Source: Octopus vulgaris (taxonomy: Eukaryota). From it: a stretch of DNA of 64,000 bases. A program made the translations under genes and the position numbers. Under the pieces are notes generated by a model. The model saw only the letters and a list, made by a program, of their open reading frames with translations. It did no database searches and had not been told where the DNA came from. Shown here piece after piece: positions 55,083 to 64,000 of this stretch. The stretch's first letter is position 1, and every line of letters starts with the position of its first letter. The stretch is from NCBI GenBank assembly GCA_951406725.2, contig OX597814.1, positions 223,324,001 through 223,388,000 of the forward strand, given 5' to 3'.

Positions 55083-56090
55083 TATGTGTGTGTGGTATGT
55101 GTGTGAGTGTTACTGAACCTGAATGGATTGCTTCCGACTGAAAAAATTCGTTGCATATTTTATTGAATATATCATCTTCTTTTCTTATTTTTGTTAATAC
55201 CTTGTGATTTGTGTTGAATTTTCTGCTAATATTACTGAGATCTAGAAGTATACTTCACAATTTTTCACACCATGACCCATTACTGTAAAAGGCAACTATT
55301 ATATCTATGTATGTTGAACAGTACCAAGATTTTTTTTTTTCTTTCCATCAAACTACTTAATATGCAAATTGTTTCTAGATCACACTTCAGATTCCTGTTG
55401 CTTGTTGATTGAATATTTTTTTCCCTTCGTTTTCTCGCTTAAACATGAATGTCGAGTCCCAGAAACAGTAAGTTATAAATTTAATTTTCTTCTCAATATA
55501 ATGAAGAACGAGCAATATTACATTTACTTGGGGGTCTTTTTAACGTTATGGGGATGCTTAAAATGCATTAATTTGAGGACTAATAGCTATTCAATCGTTC
55601 GCTTTTTGCTATGCATTTTAAATAGTCAGCGCCTATACACACGTTAGTACTAATGTTTTTACATCTATTATGACACCTGCTCAATCTCATGTGCGTTGCC
55701 TTTATATATAAATGCGAAAATTACGATATATAATGTAGTACAGTAATAACTAGAGCGTCGTCGATGTTATTTCGTATTACAGCGAGATAAAAGGTAATTT
55801 CAATGTTGCAGACTGGAAGGAGTAAGAAAGCGCAAAACTAAAAATTCTATTGTGTTTAATTATATAACTAATATAACATGTAATAATTACGGCTGAGTCA
55901 ACTGAAATAAGGTTAAATGAAATATTTTCCTCGATGAAAAATCCGCTGATCAGAATCAAGAACGTATGATCTCGATCTCAACACACTAATTATTGTGCTA
56001 CACAATTTCAAACACATACGCAAAAATACACACACATTAACACACACACACACACACACATACACGCACGCTTATATGATTGCTGAATGT

Positions 56091-56416
56091 GAGGGCGCGT
56101 GGCTTAGTGGTTAGGGCATTCGGCTCATGATCGTAAGGTTGTGAGTTCGATTCCCGGCGACGCGTTGTGTCCTTGAGCAAGACATTTTATTTCACGTTGC
56201 TCCAGTCCGCTCATCTGGTAAAAATGAGTTGTACTTGTATTTCAAAGGGTCAGCCTTGTCACTCTCTGTGTCACGCTGATTATCCTCGAGAACTACGTTA
56301 AGGGTACACGTGTCTGTGGAATGCTCAGCCATTTGCACGTTAATTTCACGAGCAAGCTGTTCCGTTGATTCGGATCAGCTGGGACCTTCGTCGTCGTAAC
56401 CGGCGGAGTCTTTTTT
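56091..56416 (+). mobile_element. tRNA-derived SINE, head B + tail X
   Basis: A-box TGGCTTAGTGG and B-box GTTCGATTC. 14-bp TSD TTATATGATTGCTG (56072-56085 / 56417-56430). Confidence 0.9.
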
Positions 56417-57623
56417 TTATATGATTGCTGTCCACTCATGACCAAGGATGATCATCATTGATCGTCAAATGTAGCCCGAAAATCCTGTATGTATATGTAT
56501 GTAAAGATATAGATACGTGTATAAATGTGTGTCTGTAATATACGCTAGTTATTTAGAAATAATTTAAAGAAAGTCATGAAGGAATTTTGCAAATAGTAAT
56601 TCTTTCTATGATAGAAGTTTTGGGAGAAGGATACGTCGATTCCATGGACCCCAGTGCTCAACTGGTACTTCTTTTATCCACTCCTAGAGGATCAAAGGTA
56701 AACTAGAACGTGAAAAGCCGGAAGAAATACCGCTATTTTGTGTGGTTCGCTAGACATTCTTCCAGCGCGACTAAATAATATCATACGAGTACAAACGTCT
56801 CAAAACTTTCCCCTTTTTTACAGTATACAAACAGATGGTAGACCTCCGCCAACATGTTACCCATTGCTTACTGACCAAAGACTGCCAAGTATCATACATC
56901 ATCTACCTAATCTAATGCTATCTTCGTTTACTATATTCACAAGATATTACACCAGTAATTCTAAGTATATTTATTCAATACTTTGTTTAGGTTTATGTAA
57001 AATTTCCTCTCTGAAGAGGTGATCGTGCTTAAAGCAGGACTAGTTAATCATAAGTAACGTTTCACACTAGACCTTCATAATGTTACAGAATAAAAATACC
57101 TCAACACTTGAGCTAATGGATGAATGGCACCCAAAGCGGTGGCGATTTCAATAAACTGCTGCACATTTACTTCGTTCAGTGTCTTTTGACACACATTCTA
57201 TGGTGGGCTATGCACCACCAATTCTGTGTCTCTCGCCGAAAACAGCACGTTGTACAGACCGATGGCCTCCTTCATGACCTAACCCGTTGTTTTACGACTC
57301 ATAAAGAGTATTTTCCTCCGAGAAAATTACCGCACGATTGAGTGAAGAAAACCGTGTTAAAAGTACATCTGATTAATGTTTCCTTAATAAAATAACTTCA
57401 GACTGACATCTCTCTACACAAGCCAGCAGTTGTATTACTTGATGTTTGCATATATAAGTACCACAGTTCTTAGCATGCCAAAAGCAGCGTATTCTGAAGC
57501 AAATGAAGTTTCAGGTTGCAGAAACAGATGTCTTACGGTCCAATGACAGCATTTACACACACACACACGTATACATAAATATATACCTATGTACATTTAT
57601 ACATTTATATGCATACCCATATA

Positions 57624-58084
<461 letters not shown>

Positions 58085-58085
<1 letters not shown>

Positions 58086-58276
58086 GGACAAGATTCTGTG
58101 ATAGCCTGGGCTTCCGAGGCCCACAGCTCTTCAATATCCTCCCGAAGAACCTGAGAGACCTGCATGGGGTGGATGCAGATGTCTTTGAAACCAAGTAGCA
58201 ACACCAAATGGCGGTGCGCCAGCATGGCCACAGCTCATAAGCTGAAACTAGAATCAATCAATCAATCAATCAATCA
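58085..58276 (+). mobile_element. 3' end of a CR1-type LINE (internally deleted)
   Basis: RFCDSLGFRGPQLFNILPKNLR (compare GPALFNITPKHIK at ~13640), a terminal stem-loop, then (AATC)n. Confidence 0.7.
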
Positions 58277-58609
58277 TATATCAGCGGGAGGTGGTAAATG
58301 AACATTAAGATCCAGGAAGATAAAAACTAATGTCAATTAGACGTACACAGTGAATATATTAGTTTGACGCTCAGTGAATGCTTTAGATGGAATAATAGGA
58401 TCGAAGATGATGTTTCGAGCATGGATCATCGTCGGAATAAAGAAAATCTCCACAAATAGTCAATGTCCCAGTATGTACTCCGTCTGTCGCTGAAATCAGT
58501 AAATGATCAGAAATGTGAAAATAAAAGTTATGGATTTCGTTCATTTTCCATCTAACAAATCTACTCACAAATCTGGATTATACACATATATTTCTCTTCT
58601 TATTATAGA

Positions 58610-59005
58610 CTAGCAGTATCGCCCGGCGTTGCTCAGGTTTGTAAGGGAAATAACTATATAAGCATTTTTAGAGATGTAAAGTATAATAGCCATCTCAATA
58701 TGGTTAACCACAAAGGGGGGGGGGGTTACTGTAGATTTTTACGTTCTGAGATTTAATAATACATTTTTAGAGAGTTACTTCCCTTATATATGCCAAAAAT
58801 GCATTAAAGTGGGAAACATTGATGGTAATTTTTTTTTTAAATCGTAGACTCATCGTAGACGCGCGCTAATACCCAGAAGGGCTCGATATGTATCACGACT
58901 AAAGATACCCGGTTTTGGTTAAACTGCACCGCAAAATGTGGGAGTAGTTAGGAATCTAAATCGTAGGAGACAGACAGCACACAACCTAACTTTTATATAT
59001 AAAGA
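58610..59005 (-). mobile_element. Non-autonomous Helitron, second copy
   Basis: Reverse complement of 704-1098, with the same TC...CTAG ends inserted between A and T and the hairpin at 58622-58637. Confidence 0.9.
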
Positions 59006-59499
59006 TTTGATTTTGCCCCTAATACTTTTCCGTAGCCCTATTTACATTTATCGTTAACTTTAATGATTATGTTTTTAAAAATTGAGAATAAATTTCCATT
59101 AAATTGTATGTTTCGAGATTCAATAACGCGATGTGATGGCTAATCACAGTTTGAGTGTATTTCTAACGTTACAAAAGCGGTGAGGAAATTGCTAATATCT
59201 ATTTCTACAAGTAAATGTGCATGTATACATCCATAGACACATATACATATGCTATATTGGTAACAACCACAATTCCAACAGGTCTGTGGGGTGCTATTTT
59301 GCATATATATTAAATAGTTTTGTAGTCTGTGATTAATAATACATCTCCTTTGTGTTGGTACCTCCACTCAGTACAATATTCATCTTTAAAAGTAGTCGAC
59401 ATTATCACAAAATTAACAGAAAGTTGCCTGCCAGTCCCTAAAGCTTCTGTCGTCCATATTAACAATACTTTCAGACTTGAAATGTCCAAATCAAAATGC

Positions 59500-59930
59500 T
59501 ACAGTGATATATTGATCTGTTCCTTTACCCGCAGTTTATAACCTATATCTACACAAGTTTCCAAAACCACCACAAAATGTACACGCAGCCTCATACACAG
59601 ATAACATCGCACTTACATGCACCTACCATTCTCCATTCACAGCTGTACTATTAATTGAAAACTGCATTAGTTTCCTAGTAAACTGAATACAGCAAGATCA
59701 ATCTTTTAATCCCTATGATAAACAACATCAAACACCTAGATGCGTATGCAACAGCCCGGAATTCTGCAGCGATAATATTCTAAGAATACTATCTATCCAA
59801 CTCTGACTAGACGCTTGAAGAACATAGGCACACAGAAATAGCTGCTACGTCCATAGTCTCACTGGCAACAAACACTATCCTTAGAAATCAAACTATCAGC
59901 GTTATATGCGGCAGCTCACAAACTGATGCA
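59500..59930 (+). pseudogene. Degenerate Jockey/I-like RT fragment
   Basis: VPLPAVYNLYLHKFPKPPQNVHAASYTDNIAL resembles SP.LFNLY...SYADD. Confidence 0.6.
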
Positions 59931-60009
59931 CTCATTTCATTCTATTCTATTTAAGTTAGTGTTTCTATTGCGCTCACCGCAATAATTTATGGGCGTATAG
60001 GGGTATACT

Positions 60010-60310
60010 GGAGGTGCAATGGCTCAGTGGTTATGGTAGCGGACTCGCGGTTTCGATTCTCAGCCCGGGCGTTGTGTTTGTTGAGCGAAAACACCTAAAA
60101 TATCCACGAGGCTCCGGCAGGGGGTGGTAGCGACCCCTGTTGTATTCTTTCGCCGCAACTTTCTCTCACTCTCTCTTCCTGTTTCTTGAGTAACGCTGCG
60201 ATGGACTGGCATCCCGTCCAGCTGGGGGGAACCCATATGCCACAGAAACTGGGTAACCGGCTCCATGAGCCTGGCTAGGCTTGAAAAGGGCGCATGAATA
60301 AATTTAAAAA
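60010..60310 (+). mobile_element. tRNA-derived SINE, head A + tail Z
   Basis: Head A with an internal deletion. ~15-bp TSD ATAGGGGTATACTGG (59997-60011 / 60311-60325). Confidence 0.88.
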
Positions 60311-61039
60311 ATAGGGGTATACTGGGCAGTGAAAAGTGAACAAGAACTAAATATTATCATAGTGTACCTCATGCAATTTACCTTTTTATCTACTGTTTGA
60401 TGATTAGAGATCTTCAGGTATGTGGTGATATGGTATAACTGGGATATAGAACTTCTAAGAGTTTGCACGACATCGTTCGGCAGACTACTTATGACTGTGA
60501 GACTACAAATCAATGTTCATCCAGGGCTACCAACAGTAAACTACTCCGATAACATGGTAGCCGCTATGTGGCTGCTGGATATACTAGAAATAGAAGTCGA
60601 AAATCCCTCAAATTACAAACCTATTTTCAAAAATATTCTCTATTAGTCGCAGAGTCTCTCAGACAGATGGGCGGGTTAGGAGAATGTATTTGACATTCGT
60701 ACAGATCCGCTGGTCACCTGATCCTAAACGGTGTTCTTATATTGATCCTGAAATGATGAAAAGAAAAGCTGACCTAGGCGGGATTTGAACTCAGAACGTA
60801 AAGAATCGAATCAAATATCCCAAGTCCGACACTCTGCCGACTGTATCGTTGTATATAATGTATTCCTTGATATATACACTAATAAAAGTAAACAGGAGTA
60901 TAATCGTTGTTTGCATCCCGGACGTTAGAGCTTTTTGATCAGGGCTAAATATTTTCTATACCTTCAGACATTCATTTCTAAATATAGTGACGTCAGCATT
61001 TCGTTTCTTAATAATCTGAAGTCACCCGTTATTATCCTT

Positions 61040-61245
61040 TCTTCTATAGGCATGCGGCCTGAAATTTTGGGGGAAGGGGTAAGTCGATTACATCGATCTC
61101 AGTACTCAGCTGGTACTTATTTTTTCGACCCAAAAAAGATAAAAGCAAAGTCGACCTTGTGGGTGTCTGAACTGGGTACGTGAAGATGGAAGAAACGCCG
61201 CCAAGCATTTTGCCTGGCGTGATGACTTCTGCCAATTCGCCTCCT
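61040..61245 (-). mobile_element. SINE family C (degenerate)
   Basis: GTCGATTACATCGA...CTGGTACTTATTT...AAAGTCGACCT...CTGCCAATTCGC. Confidence 0.75.
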
Positions 61246-62623
61246 TCAAATCACTTGTTATTACGAGAATTGCTACTGTATTCAATAACTATATCATTCT
61301 TAATATCTCTATTTCCAGTCTTTAAATAGTGCGTTTTCCCTCCTATTTTCGTCAATATGTTTCCAAAGTTGAGAGCTGATGTGTCAATTAGATCCCACTG
61401 TACACTGAACAGTATTAACAATACTAGCAGGGATTGTTTCGCTTTATTATTCTGTCTGCACTGTAAACCGACAAGTTACTCTATGTAACCTGTTTCTCAA
61501 TCTTTAATACATTTTGTAGCATCATTTGCGGTGTATAAAACAGATACTCTTGTCACAACTCTTTATATATTCAGTTTATGGTAAGACTGAACATCTAGAC
61601 ACATTATGATTGATTGGCTCTTCGCAACATCCAGTTAATTTTGCACTCTGCTTTATTAGCCGTTTCTAAAACAAAGCTTTAGTCTTGTGGCATGATAAAA
61701 GATAAATGACTTTCACGTTTAGTTTTATTCCTCAATTTCTCAACAAACAATATGTTTTCTTTTTAATTTGTTTTCGCCTAGCTCACACTTTTTCTTCCCA
61801 ATATAATTGACAATGTTTAATAAGCTTATGATTTTAATTGGTTTTTGGTTCACCCCTTTCCTTACATCTATTTAAAATGTAAAATTCCTGTTTTATATTA
61901 ATAAATTCGTTTATGCAAAATCTATTCGTATTTCTTAATTCTTTAGTAGACATTTACTGTAAACCCAATTTTATAATTCTTTTCAATTTAAGCTGTCAGT
62001 ATTTGTCATATGGATATCACTTTCCTGTTGTCTCTTCTGTAATATTCTAAATGCAATCTGGATTTGTTTTCTTGTTTCCCTAACTAGTCTTGCTAATTCT
62101 CATTTCTCGTTAAGAATATTACAACTATAACTATAACCTCTAGAATATCGAGATTATTAAGTCTAATTAGCTATATCTCCATTTTAGTGTTAATACAATA
62201 TCTCTTTCGTTAGTGCGTGATGTTTTCTGTCTAGTTCATTTATTGCTAATTAAGTCTAAGCGTACCTGCAGCCTAATTTTCATTTCTCTATTTCATTTTA
62301 TACCATTCTATTGCCAGCTTCCATTACATTTCTTCTCTTCAAATTTTCCCGGTGATATTTTAACAAAATCTCATATCACACAAACATTCTTACTTAACAT
62401 ATTCAATGCATTTAATCATTCTGCTGTTGGCTGTGCTTTTCACCATAGAGTTTGAGTTTATCCACGCTCAAGAGATGGTTAATTGTAACTCCATAGCACT
62501 TGTATTTCTCGCATGTCTCGGTTATGATGTTAATAACTGTGTTTGGGGCAACGATCGCTTAGAATATTACAGTTTGAAAACAGGATGCATGTTGTATAAA
62601 ATGTCCTCTCTTCAGATACTTAA

Positions 62624-62827
62624 CCCTTTCGATACCAACCTGCCTGAAACTGCCTCTGACTCTATAGTAGAATTGTCTTGTTTTCAAAAGTTTCAAAACC
62701 TTAGTCACAATTTATGTTCCTAACACTAGCTTAATGATAACTAAGTTATTTTACTAAATTCTGTGTTATATTTAAAGTAATTGAAAGAACTACAGAGCAT
62801 CTCACAATACATATGGTAACGAAAGGG
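62624..62827. mobile_element. piggyBac-type MITE (204 bp)
   Basis: TTAA TSDs at 62620-62623 and 62828-62831. TIRs CCCTTTCGATACCA / TGGTAACGAAAGGG. Confidence 0.9.
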
Positions 62828-63354
62828 TTAAATATATATCACTTAGTCACGTGATGTTATTATGCAGCTATTCATGTTACCTTACGCTTCACTAATATTC
62901 TAGAATGCATGAGATGGAAACAACCACAAAAGACTGCTCACAAATTCATGTAGAGTAAGTGTATCTGCCAGACTCAACAATCCGAACATACACACAGAGA
63001 AATTAACAAGGAAAAAGGGAAAAAAATTTTTAAGCGATTATCTCCCCTACACCGGAAAAATCACACACCTCCCCTTATTTAGAAATCTCGGAAATAAAAA
63101 CAACGATAATTCCATGCAATATAAACATAACGTCACAAGAAATTTGAAAAGCTACACGCGAAACCGGTAATTTCTTTAAAAATTTTAAAATTATGTCATT
63201 TTAAGGAAAGGGAAAAAAATGTGTTTCCAATATTCTCCAGACATTTTGACACAAATATATATATTTTTTAACATTTAAGCCTTCTGTCGTTTTTTCACAC
63301 TTTACTATTTTCTTATATATTCACCCACGTGTTTACCAAACAAACTTTCTTATC

Positions 63355-63428
<74 letters not shown>

Positions 63429-64000
63429 CGTATGTATGTATATGGAATGTTTGAAGTAATGTACAGAATTTATATATTAAGAAGAAGGCAGTCAGAATTT
63501 CGGATAATCCTTCATTGGTACTTTCTTCCGGTCTGCTCAATCGAGCTCTTCAGATATGATGCACAGAAAATTTTTTCAGTCTTTTATACAAATCGAAAAG
63601 AGGATGTTGTTTTGTTTTGTTTTGTTTTGTTTTAAAAAAAGAGAAAGAGAAAATAGGAATGGAGGGAGGAGGAGGGGAGGCAGAGGAAGAGAAAGAAGGA
63701 AGAGAAAGGACAGGAGAAGAAAGCATGTTTCTTGGGATGGTCTTTGCCTAACACGTGGTTGATGCTAAATGACATTTCAAGATGTGGATTTTGTTTTTGT
63801 TTTTTTTTTTTGGAGAAAGGGAGAAAGAGAGAAAGAGAGAAAGGCAGGAAGAAGTACAAGAAAGAAAAATGAAAGGGAAAGGAGGACAGAAAGAAAGAAG
63901 CTTCTTTTCAATTATATTGTATCTATTGTATCGATGTGGTCAACCCGTTCAAATTTAATTACAATTCAAGATGTCATATTTGATTTAGTCATTGTTTTCG

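Overview
AT-rich, microsatellite-dense eukaryotic non-genic DNA. The repeat content resembles octopus/cephalopod genomes (inference from recognised repeat types, not verified). No host protein-coding gene is convincingly supported, and almost all listed ORFs are microsatellite artefacts. The window is a mosaic of mobile elements: (1) R4/Dong-type LINEs in (TAA)n arrays, one with an uninterrupted 489-aa C-terminal ORF; (2) CR1-type LINE pieces in (TA)n; (3) RTE, Jockey-like and Penelope-like RT relics; (4) mariner and Tc1 pseudogenes; (5) two inverted copies of a non-autonomous Helitron and a piggyBac-type MITE; (6) many tRNA-derived SINEs. The most notable observations are: a set of minimal hammerhead-ribozyme motifs (one with an intact core at 38758-38844); a combinatorial head-by-tail SINE system; a ~550-bp non-coding element found three times just downstream of R4/Dong 3' ends; a 259-bp-arm near-perfect palindrome with template-switch scars; and a 38-bp Tc1 snippet patched into a LINE.
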